Shown here: positions 27,183-37,474 of the stretch, in pieces
How positions within the stretch are numbered: position 1 is the stretch's first letter
Layout: the number at the start of each line of letters is the position of its first letter
From: Rhodospirillaceae bacterium
GTDB taxonomy: Bacteria > Pseudomonadota > Alphaproteobacteria > JAEUKQ01
Length of the DNA: 64,000 nucleotides
Direction of reading: 5' to 3'
Assembly: GCA_016722635.1 (NCBI GenBank)
Contig: JADKIX010000003.1
Location: forward strand, 411,543-475,542
The notes under the pieces: generated by a model
What the model saw: only the letters and a program-made list of their open reading frames with translations
Databases searched by the model: none
What the model was told of the DNA's origin: nothing
Program-made: the position numbers and the translations under genes

Positions 27183-30100
27183 TTGCAACAAAAAGCCTTC
27201 CATGATCAGCGGCAAGCCTCCGACCCGCAGGCATCTGCCTGGGTATCCGCCTCGGCAGGCACGGGTAAAACCAAAGTATTAACAGATCGGGTTTTAAGGC
27301 TGTTGCTGGACGGCACCAAAGTTTCAACCATCCTTTGTTTAACTTACACCAAAGCGGCCGCATCCGAAATGGTCAACCGTATATTGGAACGGATGCTAGC
27401 ATGGGTGGTGAACGGCCAGGAATTTTTGGAAAAAGATTTAATGCAACTTTTGGGGGTTGCGCCTGCCAAAGCCGATATTGTCAGGGCCCGGCAGCTTTTT
27501 TTCCAAGTTCTTGATGATCCCATTGGCTTGCAAGCCTCCACCATGCATTCCTTTTGTCAAAGCTTGTTAGAAAGATTCCCACTGGAAGCAGGTATCTCCC
27601 CAGGTTTTCAGGTGATGGAGGAAACCGAGGCAAAACTTCTCGTGAAACAAGCCCTTGAAGATACGCTGCAGGAAATCCGTGAGACTGCGCGGCCAGATTT
27701 ACGGCAAGCCCTTCATCAGGTAACTAGCCAATATAGCTGGCCCGCTTTTATCGACATGATGGGTATGCTGCGGCAAAACAATCGCTTTTTCCATCAATTG
27801 TTGGATGAGCATCAGAATGTTGAAAATGTCGTTAATATCCTCAAGCACCAAGAAGGCATAGAAAATTTGGGGGATAGCGAATTGATCCGCCAAGAATTTT
27901 ATAAAAAAACCAAGGAACGTCTAAAAAAGCATGGGATCAAAAGCGATTTTTCAATTTCTAAAACAACATTTGGTAAAACAGTTGAAAAGATCCAGGAATG
28001 GGTTGCGCGTGCAAGCGGTACCAGCCATCACCTGCAACAATATGTAGCGATTTTCTTAACCAAAGAAGAAACACCCCGCAAAGAACTGGAAAAAATAGAC
28101 GCCAATTCCGCAGAGGGCGCATTCATCCATGGCGAAATCCAAGCATGCGTCCAATATCTGTCCGTTATCAGGGCAGAACAATGGATCGGTAAAATCAGTA
28201 ATTTGCTGGTGATTTATCAACATTTTGATACCCATTATCAATTGATCAAAAGACGAAACCTAAGCCTTGATTACCAAGACTTGGTCCGTTTGGTCAGCCG
28301 TTTTCTGCTTTCCACCCAGAATGTTTCCTGGGTTTTATACAAACTGGACAATCATATCAACCATGTTTTACTGGACGAAGCCCAAGATTCAAACAGTGAG
28401 CAATGGCAAATGATTGAAACCTTGGTTCAGGAATTTTTTGCCGGGCGCGGGCAACGCCAAGATAACCGGACGGTTTTTGCCGTGGGCGACGTGAAACAAT
28501 CCATCTATGGTTTTTTGCAGGCAGAACCAGCTGAATTTTTAAAAGCCAACCACCGCTTTCACCAATATACACAACAGGCTGCCAAAAAATGGCGAAATGT
28601 GGATTTGGACATATCTTTCCGTTCGACCAAAGCCATCCTAGAGGTTGTGGATGCCGTCTTCACCCAACCCCAATCTTTGATGCAACAGCAGGGATTTAAG
28701 ATCAATCATATCCCGAATCGGCAAGAAGCCGGGGGAATCGTTGAATTATGGCCCATGCTTCAATCTAAAAATCCCCTTAATGGTGCGGAAAATGCGGACA
28801 TCGTCCTGGCCCAGGCCATCGCCCGCCGGATTAAGAAAATGCTTTCAGGCGAGATGTTGGCGTCCCAAGGTCGTCCCATCCAAGCACGGGATATCATGAT
28901 TTTGGTGCAAAGGCGCAAACCTTTAACCAGCATTTTATTAAATGCCCTGCGCCAACAAGAAGTTCCCGTAGCAGGTGTTGATCGATTGGCTTTGAAAGAA
29001 AATATGGGGATTAATGATTTGGTGGCTATCGGAAAATTTTGTCTGCTGCCGCAAGATGATTTCAATTTGGCGATTGTATTAAAGGGGCCTTTGGGCCGCC
29101 TCACGGAGGAGGATTTGCTTGATTTATGTCATGGCCGCTCCTCCTCGCTCTGGCAGAACCTGAAACAGAAAAAACGGGATCATCCCCCCTATCAGCCTAT
29201 ACATGAAATGTTGCTAAGCCTGCTCAGCACCGTTGATTATCAGCGCCCCTACCATTTTTATATAAATATTCTAGACCATTTGGGCATGCGTTCAAAACTT
29301 CTGGCCGAACTAGGAACAGATATTCATGAGGCGATTGATGAATTTTTGCATTTAGCACTTAATTTTGAAGAGCAAGGTATTGGTACTTTACAAGAATTTA
29401 TTGACCATTTAGAGGAAAGTGATGCCGAGATTAAACGCGATCTTGAACAACCCATCTTGGATCACGTCCGCTTAATGACCATTCATGGGGCGAAAGGCTT
29501 GCAGGCGCCTATCGTTTTTCTGGCCCAAACCTTATTTGTTAATAATCTTTCAAGCCAAATTTTTTGGGATGATCAGAAGCCTTGCCCCCTTCCTATTATG
29601 GTACCTGGTAAAGGCCAGAATACGGAATGGCAAAATAGGGTGCGCGAAAAAATGGATGCAAAGATACTCGAGGAACAAGAACGTTTATTATATGTGGCCA
29701 TGACCAGGGCTGAAGACAGGCTATATATTGGCGGCTCGATGACCACCACAAAATCAAGAAAAAATTGGCATGATTTTATCCGCAGCGGCATGGAGAAAAT
29801 AGCAAGTTCATTTGACTTAAGCCAATCGGATGCAGATTGGCCAGCATCCGGTTTAGGGTTAAGGATTGATTGCCCGCAAACTATCCCTTTACTTGCGAAG
29901 GCGCCCCCTGCACCGGTTTTGGCAAATTCCTTGCCGGTTTGGTGGAAAAAACCGATTGTGGAAAGAAACAGCCCGGTTGCCACTATGCTGCCCAGTGGGG
30001 AACAGCAAAGCCATTTGATTAGCCCCTTATCTGAGGACGGCAAACAATCGGTTTATTTAAGGGGACAGATTATCCACCAATTACTGCAAATGGCCGAACA

Positions 30101-30575
30101 GCAACCACCAGCCGATTTTCAAGAAACGGCCAAACAGTTTCTGGCGCGGGCGGTTTTTGCCCTTCCCATCAGACAACAACAAGAAATATTGCATCATATT
30201 CATCACTTGCTCGGCAGTCCTTTATGGCAATCGTTACGTATGGCCGAGAATTTATATGAAGCACCGATTCAAGGGTTCATCCCTAAAAAATCAGGGGAAA
30301 GGGTACATATCACCGGACGCATTGATCGGTTGGCTATCTTTGATAAAGAAATATGGATTATGGATTATAAGACCCATCATGCCCTGCCCCGGTCAATTGC
30401 CGATGTTCCAGCTGAATATTTCCGGCAAATGGCCATTTATCGATCATTGATTAGCCAAATATATCCCCCCGATATCTATCCCCCTAGCCAGATTCGCTGT
30501 TTTTTGTTATGGACAGCAAAACCCTTGCTGATGGAACTGGAAAATGATCTACTTAATACCTACATCATCCATTGA
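27183..30575 (+). CDS. addA: Double-strand break repair helicase-nuclease AddA (UvrD-like)
   Basis: Walker A AGTGKTKVL, UvrD/REP helicase motifs and a C-terminal nuclease region with IDYKT. 1130 aa. Confidence 0.85.
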   Translation: MQQKAFHDQRQASDPQASAWVSASAGTGKTKVLTDRVLRLLLDGTKVSTILCLTYTKAAASEMVNRILERMLAWVVNGQEFLEKDLMQLLGVAPAKADIVRARQLFFQVLDDPIGLQASTMHSFCQSLLERFPLEAGISPGFQVMEETEAKLLVKQALEDTLQEIRETARPDLRQALHQVTSQYSWPAFIDMMGMLRQNNRFFHQLLDEHQNVENVVNILKHQEGIENLGDSELIRQEFYKKTKERLKKHGIKSDFSISKTTFGKTVEKIQEWVARASGTSHHLQQYVAIFLTKEETPRKELEKIDANSAEGAFIHGEIQACVQYLSVIRAEQWIGKISNLLVIYQHFDTHYQLIKRRNLSLDYQDLVRLVSRFLLSTQNVSWVLYKLDNHINHVLLDEAQDSNSEQWQMIETLVQEFFAGRGQRQDNRTVFAVGDVKQSIYGFLQAEPAEFLKANHRFHQYTQQAAKKWRNVDLDISFRSTKAILEVVDAVFTQPQSLMQQQGFKINHIPNRQEAGGIVELWPMLQSKNPLNGAENADIVLAQAIARRIKKMLSGEMLASQGRPIQARDIMILVQRRKPLTSILLNALRQQEVPVAGVDRLALKENMGINDLVAIGKFCLLPQDDFNLAIVLKGPLGRLTEEDLLDLCHGRSSSLWQNLKQKKRDHPPYQPIHEMLLSLLSTVDYQRPYHFYINILDHLGMRSKLLAELGTDIHEAIDEFLHLALNFEEQGIGTLQEFIDHLEESDAEIKRDLEQPILDHVRLMTIHGAKGLQAPIVFLAQTLFVNNLSSQIFWDDQKPCPLPIMVPGKGQNTEWQNRVREKMDAKILEEQERLLYVAMTRAEDRLYIGGSMTTTKSRKNWHDFIRSGMEKIASSFDLSQSDADWPASGLGLRIDCPQTIPLLAKAPPAPVLANSLPVWWKKPIVERNSPVATMLPSGEQQSHLISPLSEDGKQSVYLRGQIIHQLLQMAEQQPPADFQETAKQFLARAVFALPIRQQQEILHHIHHLLGSPLWQSLRMAENLYEAPIQGFIPKKSGERVHITGRIDRLAIFDKEIWIMDYKTHHALPRSIADVPAEYFRQMAIYRSLISQIYPPDIYPPSQIRCFLLWTAKPLLMELENDLLNTYIIH

Positions 30576-30612
30576 ATATATTATTGAACCACAAACGATC
30601 AAAAGGTGCCTT

Positions 30613-30933
30613 ATGTCAACCATCAGAACAACCGATTATAATTTTCAGAAAGATGTTTTGCAGTCCAGCAAGCCCGTACTCGTGGATTTTTTTGCGGATT
30701 GGTGCGGCCCTTGCAAGGTCATTGCCCCCGCTCTTGAAGACATTGCAACCCAGTTAAAAGAAAAATTGACTATTGCCAAGATCAATATCGATGACAATCC
30801 CAATACCCCGCAAAATTATGGGGTGCGTGGTATACCGACCTTAATGCTGTTCAAAAATGGCCAAGTGGCCGCCACAAAAGTTGGTGCCATGCAGAAAACA
30901 AAATTATTAGAATGGATTGAATCAGTCCTCTAG
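30613..30933 (+). CDS. trxA: Thioredoxin
   Basis: WCGPCK active site. 106 aa from the MSTIRTT start. The ORF track starts upstream at 30544, but the conserved length supports 30613. Confidence 0.9.
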   Translation: MSTIRTTDYNFQKDVLQSSKPVLVDFFADWCGPCKVIAPALEDIATQLKEKLTIAKINIDDNPNTPQNYGVRGIPTLMLFKNGQVAATKVGAMQKTKLLEWIESVL

Positions 30934-30989
30934 CTTGACCAAAACTATGGATTTTTCTTAAATCCATTCAATATCAAATTTTTATACAT

Positions 30990-31253
30990 TTGAAGATGTT
31001 AGAGATCAATATTTCAAGCAATCCTTTGAAATCACGCCTAGGGATTAAATTTTTATGGGGTTTATTTTTGATTGGATATTCATTTTTGACGATGGAAACT
31101 ATTGCTATGGCCGACAGCATGATCGACAGCGACAGAGTAATCCGTATAGATGATAGAAATATGTCAGAACCGATCGGTATCTATTTTGACAAACATGCGG
31201 CCATATATTTCCTAAAACGCGATGATCCTCATTTTGTTTCCTATCCCTATTAA
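30990..31253 (+). CDS. Hypothetical small protein (87 aa)
   Basis: ORF only. One hydrophobic segment. No recognisable domain. Confidence 0.3.
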   Translation: MKMLEINISSNPLKSRLGIKFLWGLFLIGYSFLTMETIAMADSMIDSDRVIRIDDRNMSEPIGIYFDKHAAIYFLKRDDPHFVSYPY

Positions 31254-31349
31254 GGAAAAGCCAAGCAGAAAAAACCTTGGTTCGCTTTCGTTTTAATGTT
31301 TACGGCCAATTCTTAACATTCGTTGAGGCCGACCATCCCTAAGCACAAA

Positions 31350-31388
31350 TTAAAAACCCCTGTTGGCATAGCCAAAACAGGGGTTTTG
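31350..31388. terminator. Bidirectional rho-independent terminator (palindromic)
   Basis: AAAACCCCTGTT-GGCATAGCC-AACAGGGGTTTT is a perfect 12-bp stem with T/A runs on both sides. Confidence 0.65.
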
Positions 31389-31428
31389 AGAAGATCTCTC
31401 TAAAAACAATTACTTGCTTTCAGAAAAA

Positions 31429-31509
31429 TTACTTCTTTTTGCCACCGGCTGGTGCGCTCGGCTTTGAAGTCGGAGCTGGCTTACCGGCTGGCTTTTGATT
31501 CTTATTCAT
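31429..31509 (-). CDS. Candidate 26-aa Lys/Pro/Ala-rich small protein (MNKNQKPAGKPAPTSKPSAPAGGKKK)
   Basis: ATG is preceded by AAGGA at -8 on the minus strand. Ends just before the bidirectional terminator. Not in the ORF track because it is under 60 aa. Confidence 0.35.
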   Translation of the reverse strand: MNKNQKPAGKPAPTSKPSAPAGGKKK

Positions 31510-31671
31510 TTTCTTTATCCTTTTATAAAATCGCCCCACAATGGTGCGATAAGTTCAATGTATCCTACCCTGCTATCGAATAAAACGGCAAATTATATGG
31601 TTATTCATCAAAACTGATGAATAATTCGATAATTATTTCTTGCTTTATTTCGGCATATACATTATAATCAC

Positions 31672-32979
31672 TCATTCGTTATCCCGCAGAATCTCCCCAG
31701 CCAAATACAAAGAACCACAGATCAAAACCCTTGCAGGCTGTTGCTCATTCACAATAATGTTTTGAAGAGCCGTTTTTTCATTTTTTTCGGCCCTAATATT
31801 TGTAGATAATTTTTGAGTCATTTCCACAATATGTTGTGGGTCGAAAGCGGAATGATCAGAACCCGCAATCGGAATCACTTTGACCGCAGATACTTTCCCC
31901 TCAAAATAACCTAGGAATTCCAAAGGTTGCTTGGTGGTAATCATGCCGAAAATAAGATAGGTCGGCTTCGATGGCTGTTGCTGCAACCAATCCAGCAAAA
32001 TTGCAGCACCCCCCTGATTATGGGCGCCATCCAGCCATAATTCCCACAAAGGCGGTAACATTTTACTTAAGGGACCCTTCGTCAAGCGCTGTAATCTCGC
32101 TGGCCAGTCCGCTGTTCTCAAGCCCCGCGCTATATCCGAATCATCTAGGCGGAACTTTTTTAAATATTTTAAAGCCGCAATCACGGTTGCTGCATTTAAC
32201 ACTTGGTGTGATCCGGGTAAAATAGGTTTAGGGAAAATTTTTGTCCGACCCGATTCTTTGAAAATGAAATCTTCTGTCCGTTCTTCAACATCCCACTCCA
32301 CCCCATAGCGGCTGAGTGGGGCCGATAAGCTTGCAGCTTTTGGGATAAATACTTGCATCGCATCAAAGGGTTGGGGGCCAATCACCGCAGGCACGCGATA
32401 TTTCATAATGCCCGCTTTTTCTGCCGCAATATCAGCCAAACTATTGCCTAAATATTGCATGTGATCAAAAGAAATCGGGGTTAAAATTGTTACCAAAGGT
32501 TCGGCAATCACATTGGTGGCATCTAACCTGCCGCCAAGACCCGTTTCCAGCAAAACAATATCAGCGGGCGCCCTTGAAAAAGCCAAAAAGGCGGCAGCCG
32601 TGGTAATTTCAAAAAAAGTAATCGGCTCCCCCCCGTTGGTTTTTTCGCATTCATCGAGTAAGGCCGTTAAGGTTTCATCATCAATTAAACGCCCCGCCAC
32701 CCGAATACGCTCATGGAAATGAACCAAATGGGGCGAAATATAAGCGTGGACTCGGTAACCGGCTGCTTCAAAAATGGCCCGCAAATAAGCAACACTTGAT
32801 CCTTTGCCATTGGTACCTGCCACATGAATGACCGGCGCCAGTTTTTGATGGGGGTTATGTAGCTTTGCCAGTAAATGTTGGATACGCCCCAAAGAAAGGT
32901 CGATCATTTTCGGGTGTAAATGTTTGAGCCTTTCGAGAATTTGGCCGCTGGGCCCTGTCTGTTGATTTTTTATTTTCAT
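31672..32979 (-). CDS. folC: Bifunctional folylpolyglutamate synthase / dihydrofolate synthase
   Basis: Mur ligase family motifs (VAGTNGKGS). 435 aa. Downstream of accD, the conserved accD-folC pair. Confidence 0.85.
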   Translation of the reverse strand: MKIKNQQTGPSGQILERLKHLHPKMIDLSLGRIQHLLAKLHNPHQKLAPVIHVAGTNGKGSSVAYLRAIFEAAGYRVHAYISPHLVHFHERIRVAGRLIDDETLTALLDECEKTNGGEPITFFEITTAAAFLAFSRAPADIVLLETGLGGRLDATNVIAEPLVTILTPISFDHMQYLGNSLADIAAEKAGIMKYRVPAVIGPQPFDAMQVFIPKAASLSAPLSRYGVEWDVEERTEDFIFKESGRTKIFPKPILPGSHQVLNAATVIAALKYLKKFRLDDSDIARGLRTADWPARLQRLTKGPLSKMLPPLWELWLDGAHNQGGAAILLDWLQQQPSKPTYLIFGMITTKQPLEFLGYFEGKVSAVKVIPIAGSDHSAFDPQHIVEMTQKLSTNIRAEKNEKTALQNIIVNEQQPARVLICGSLYLAGEILRDNE

Positions 32980-33045
32980 CAGGCAAAAGCTTCCTAAAAA
33001 ATAAATTCACCAAATTTTTCATAGGGGGCCAATGCTTATCCCCTG

Positions 33046-33912
33046 CTATCCTCTTGCTAATTTCTTAGCCGCCGGATTTAAATGTTGCAAAATGGTTGCC
33101 AAGGTAGCTGGGATATCTTGGCGATGCACGACCAAATCAACCATCCCATGCTCTTGTAAATATTCAGCCCGCTGAAATCCTTCCGGCAACTTCTCACGGA
33201 TAGTTTCTTCAATCACCCGTGCGCCAGCAAAACCGATAATAGCGCCCGGTTCAGCCAATGTAATATCACCCAGCATAGCAAAAGAAGCGCTAACCCCGCC
33301 AGTGGTTGGATCCGTCAGCAAGACTAAATAAGGCAACCCGGCTTTTTTAACACGCTCCACCGCAATGGTTGAGCGGGGCATTTGCATAAGGGATAATATG
33401 CCTTCTTGCATGCGCGCCCCCCCGGAAGCGGGAATGGCCAACAAAGCAGCTTTACTAGCGATAGCGGCCTCTGCAGCGGCCAACAATCCCTCACCCACCG
33501 CTATTCCCATCGAACCGCCCATAAAAGCAAAGTTAAAAATAGCCACCACCAACGGATGGCCTTGGACTTCACCTTCCGCGACCACCAAGGCATCATTTTC
33601 ACCACTTTTATTTTGGTATTCCTTTAACCGGTCCACATATTTTTTCTGATCACGGAATTTCAAGGGATCAATTTCAAACTTAGGCAATTCCCTTCTGGTA
33701 TATTTGCCGTGATCAAATAATTTTTCCAAACGTGTTTTATAGCTCAGGCGCAAATGGTACTGACAAGTTGGGCACACAAATAGATTTGCATGTAAATCCC
33801 TGTGGAAAATCATTTGTTTACAACCGGGACATTTTTCCCAAAGATTATCCGGTGTTTCGGTTTTCCTTAAGGATTGAATTTTAGGGCGTACAAAATTTGT
33901 CAGCCAGCTCAT
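33046..33912 (-). CDS. accD: Acetyl-CoA carboxylase carboxyltransferase subunit beta
   Basis: MSWLTNFVRPKI start, zinc ribbon CPGC...CPTC, carboxyltransferase domain. The ORF track begins 23 codons upstream at 33981. Confidence 0.9.
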   Translation of the reverse strand: MSWLTNFVRPKIQSLRKTETPDNLWEKCPGCKQMIFHRDLHANLFVCPTCQYHLRLSYKTRLEKLFDHGKYTRRELPKFEIDPLKFRDQKKYVDRLKEYQNKSGENDALVVAEGEVQGHPLVVAIFNFAFMGGSMGIAVGEGLLAAAEAAIASKAALLAIPASGGARMQEGILSLMQMPRSTIAVERVKKAGLPYLVLLTDPTTGGVSASFAMLGDITLAEPGAIIGFAGARVIEETIREKLPEGFQRAEYLQEHGMVDLVVHRQDIPATLATILQHLNPAAKKLARG

Positions 33913-34159
33913 GCGATCATCTCCCAACACAAAAACAATATCGTTTCTCTTTACTTTAGCGTCTGTTGCAAACAATCGCAACAGTTGGTAAATTAATAAT
34001 GCAATAAATTAGTTGGCATTATCTTTCCTTTACTATTACAAACGTTTTACGAGTACCGAAATATTATGCCGCTGTACAATAAATTCTTTTAGAATGTTTT
34101 TACAACAGGCCTCTATAACCTCTTGATCAGAAGCCAATCAACGCCGGACAGTATGTATA

Positions 34160-34780
34160 ATGCCACTTTTCCCAAGCATCAAACCACGCCTTAAACGGCA
34201 ATTAAAACCCTTCGTTCAGCGCCTTGCTTCAGCGGGCGCCACCCCCAACCAGGTGATGTGGGTTAATTTTATCTTATGTGCCACCGGTGGCGGGGCCGTG
34301 TTACTCGGATCTTTTTCCCCTCATTTTTTATTGGCCATCCCCGTCGTGTTATTGCTTCGAACCATGTTAAATGCAACCGACGGCATGCTAACCAGGGAAT
34401 ATAAGCACCAAACAAGGCTGGGGGCAACCTTGACCGAATTGGGTGATGTTTTTTCCGACGTGATGTTGTATTTACCTTTTGCGCTGATTCCTGGGATTCA
34501 TGCCTGGCTCATGGTGGTTTTGGTCATTTTAATTGTTATTGCGGAATTATCCACCATCATGGCCCATATTGCCAGGGTGGCCAAACCGTATGACGGGCCG
34601 ATGGGGAAAAGCGACCGTGCAGCCATCTTTTTCATCTTATCCTTAGTCATTGGTTGCGGCGTAACCCCGGGCTTATGGACGAATATTGTTTTAGGCATTA
34701 CAGCCATCCTGCTGGTGATTGCCATGTATTGGCATTTATCACAGGCCCTATTAAAAGCTAGAAGAAGATTTAAGCGGTAA
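34160..34780 (+). CDS. CDP-alcohol phosphatidyltransferase family protein
   Basis: DG..TR...LGA..TELGD..SD motif, multiple TM segments. 206 aa. Confidence 0.6.
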   Translation: MPLFPSIKPRLKRQLKPFVQRLASAGATPNQVMWVNFILCATGGGAVLLGSFSPHFLLAIPVVLLLRTMLNATDGMLTREYKHQTRLGATLTELGDVFSDVMLYLPFALIPGIHAWLMVVLVILIVIAELSTIMAHIARVAKPYDGPMGKSDRAAIFFILSLVIGCGVTPGLWTNIVLGITAILLVIAMYWHLSQALLKARRRFKR

Positions 34781-34816
34781 AAGGCGTTGGATGTTTTGAT
34801 AGTGCCATAGCAGCGC

Positions 34817-36628
34817 CTAACGTCTGCCGAAAAGTTTTTCCATATCTTCGCGTTTCAATTCAATATAAGTCGGACGCCCGTGATTACATTGGCTGCTATT
34901 GGGGGTTTGCTCCATCTGGCGCAACAGCGCATCCATTTCATTGAGACTAAGCGTGCGGCCAGCCCGAATGCTACTATGGCAAGCCAAAGTGCCGCAAATT
35001 TCATTCAAATGGTTTTGGATAATCCAACTTTCGCCATTTTCAAATATCTGTTCTGCTAAATCAAGGATGGTTTGGGTAATATCTTCCCTCCCCAATAAGG
35101 CAGGAATTTCGCGCACCAATACCGCATCCACCCCAAATGGCTCAATTGTTAAACCCAATTTGGATAGTTCTGCTGCCTTTTCAATAAATATGGCAGCCCT
35201 TCCTTGAGGCAAATTGACAACTTCCGGGATCAATAAAGCCTGCCTTTTCACCCCTTCCGCTTGCAGCCCATTTTTCATTTTTTCATAAATCAGCCGTTCA
35301 TGGGCAGCATGTTGATCAACAATCACTACTTTTTCCTCGGTTTGCGCCACAATATACGTGCGGTGGATTTGGGCAACTGCCCGTCCCAGAAAATACTCGG
35401 GTTCAACGGGGCTAAGGGTGGAAGAACCAGGTGCGGAGGCAGGGCTATTGTCCTGAGGGGGGTAGAACGTATTATCTTGCGTTGAAAAAGAAGCACGGCT
35501 TGCATTCCAAGAGAATTGCTGGGCTGGCGCTTTCTCGGCAAAAACCAGGCCCGGATTTTGCACGGCCGCGTTTGGCTTAAAATAATCGATGGCTTGTTGG
35601 CCAATGGTGTTCGCGGTTTTAACATCATTCTGCATAAGGCGTGATCTCAGCGATGAGATGATCAAGGAGCGCACGCGGTCTGCTTGACGAAAACGCACCT
35701 CCGTTTTAGCGGGATGGACATTCACATCCAATTGATCGGACGGCATTTCCAAATATAAGATGGTCGCCGGATAGCGGTCATGGGGCAAAACATCCTGATA
35801 CGCAACGCGGATGGCAGCCTGAAGTTGGCGGTCACGGACAGGGCGGTTGTTCACAAAGAAATATTGTTCTTGGCTGTTCGAACGGTGATAAGTGGGCAAT
35901 CCAATGAAACCCCATAATTTCAGTTCCTCGCGCTGCGCTTCAACCGTCAAGCTATTGGAGATAAATTCTTGCCCGATGACTTGCAGCACACGGGGTTGGT
36001 ATAAATCCGTCCCCAACAGATTGTCCTGAATTTTGGCATAGCGTAAGAGCGAGCGTTCCCGGTGCTGGACACTAAACCCGATTTTGGGGGCAATCAACGC
36101 CAGGCGATTGACGATATCAATGATATGGGCCAATTCCGTGGCATCTGATTTTAAAAATTTCAATCGGGCGGGGGTTGCGAAAAATATATCCCCAACCTCC
36201 ACCATCGTGCCGGGATTTAAGGAGGCCGGATGCACCGCAGATTTTTTACCACCATGTACTTCGATTTGCCAGGCCGCTTCAGCACCTGCCATACGGCTGG
36301 TAATGGTTAATTTGGCGATAGCCCCGATGGATGGCAAAGCCTCGCCCCGAAAACCTAAAGTTGCGACATCACTTAAATCATCCCCGGGTAATTTTGAGGT
36401 GGCATGCCGTTCAATGGCCAATGCCAGGTCTTGGGGCGAAATACCGCAGCCATTATCGTTGACAACAATTTTGGTTTTGCCCGCATTCTCAAGCATGACA
36501 GATATCTGCGAAGCCCCGGCATCAATCGCATTTTCCAAAAGCTCTTTAACCACCGACGCTGGCCGTTCAATCACTTCACCAGCGGCGATCACATTAATCA
36601 TATGTTCGGGAAGAACGCGAATAGCCAT
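34817..36628 (-). CDS. mutL: DNA mismatch repair protein MutL
   Basis: N-terminal GHKL ATPase motifs (IAAGEVIERPASVVKELLENAIDAG) and a C-terminal dimerisation domain. 603 aa. Confidence 0.95.
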   Translation of the reverse strand: MAIRVLPEHMINVIAAGEVIERPASVVKELLENAIDAGASQISVMLENAGKTKIVVNDNGCGISPQDLALAIERHATSKLPGDDLSDVATLGFRGEALPSIGAIAKLTITSRMAGAEAAWQIEVHGGKKSAVHPASLNPGTMVEVGDIFFATPARLKFLKSDATELAHIIDIVNRLALIAPKIGFSVQHRERSLLRYAKIQDNLLGTDLYQPRVLQVIGQEFISNSLTVEAQREELKLWGFIGLPTYHRSNSQEQYFFVNNRPVRDRQLQAAIRVAYQDVLPHDRYPATILYLEMPSDQLDVNVHPAKTEVRFRQADRVRSLIISSLRSRLMQNDVKTANTIGQQAIDYFKPNAAVQNPGLVFAEKAPAQQFSWNASRASFSTQDNTFYPPQDNSPASAPGSSTLSPVEPEYFLGRAVAQIHRTYIVAQTEEKVVIVDQHAAHERLIYEKMKNGLQAEGVKRQALLIPEVVNLPQGRAAIFIEKAAELSKLGLTIEPFGVDAVLVREIPALLGREDITQTILDLAEQIFENGESWIIQNHLNEICGTLACHSSIRAGRTLSLNEMDALLRQMEQTPNSSQCNHGRPTYIELKREDMEKLFGRR

Positions 36629-36838
36629 ATAAAATTCCTATAATAAATGACGGGGTATAAACCCTTTGATGGGAAAGAAGATTGTTTTATCCAAAATAGC
36701 CATTATAAATATAGAAAGGATTCTTTCACGTCACAAGACAGGAATATGATATTCTTCATCATCCTGTCATCAATCCATGCTTTTTAAGCTAGGAACCCCT
36801 GAGGGCAATGAGGCTTCCTGATACATAGAAAGAACTGG

Positions 36839-37024
36839 TTGATTAATAAGATGGAACACGGCCTATATATTTTGCTGTCCTATGGAATTACCATAACCGT
36901 TTTATTGCTGACAACGGTCGTGGTTGTTTGGCGTTTTTTATATCATCAAAAACAGATGAAAAATATCCGCAATCAAAAGCGTACCACCACCCCGTCATTG
37001 GAACATCGTCCCCATGAACCCTAA
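36839..37024 (+). CDS. ccmD: Heme exporter protein CcmD
   Basis: 61-aa single-TM protein immediately upstream of, and overlapping, ccmE. Confidence 0.55.
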   Translation: MINKMEHGLYILLSYGITITVLLLTTVVVVWRFLYHQKQMKNIRNQKRTTTPSLEHRPHEP

Positions 37025-37472
37025 AAGATACCGTTTATATTTATGTTTAATTATTTTAGGATTGGCCGTTGCTGCCACGGCTTTGTTAATCTATGTCATT
37101 AACCAAAATTCAGCATTTTTTTATACCCCCAGTGATTTACAACAGCCCAAATCCCCCCTTGCCGATGGGCAAAAATTACGGGTTGGGGGCTTGGTAAAAC
37201 CTGGCAGCTTCCACCTGTCCCCGGACGGCCGCATTGATTATTTTATCATTACCGATCTTCAGGCTGAAATTGTCGCGGTGACCAAAAACTACATGGGGGA
37301 TTGGCCAGCCCTATTTAAAGAAGGGAAAGGGGTGGTAATTGAAGGGATATGGCGGCAAGACGGCACCGTTGAAACTACCCTGATCCTTGCCAAACATGAC
37401 GAAAATTATGTTCCCCGCTCCGTCCAAAAAACCTTGGACCTAAACAGCCAATTGCCTCATCGGGAACAATAA
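37014..37472 (+). CDS. ccmE: Cytochrome c-type biogenesis protein CcmE (heme chaperone)
   Basis: N-terminal membrane anchor, OB-fold and conserved C-terminal region. 152 aa. Confidence 0.85.
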   Translation: MNPKRYRLYLCLIILGLAVAATALLIYVINQNSAFFYTPSDLQQPKSPLADGQKLRVGGLVKPGSFHLSPDGRIDYFIITDLQAEIVAVTKNYMGDWPALFKEGKGVVIEGIWRQDGTVETTLILAKHDENYVPRSVQKTLDLNSQLPHREQ

Positions 37473-37474
37473 AG

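Noticed and set aside
33365-33649. Antisense ORFs inside accD (94 and 73 aa)
   Set aside because: Embedded in a highly conserved gene on the opposite strand with no independent signals.
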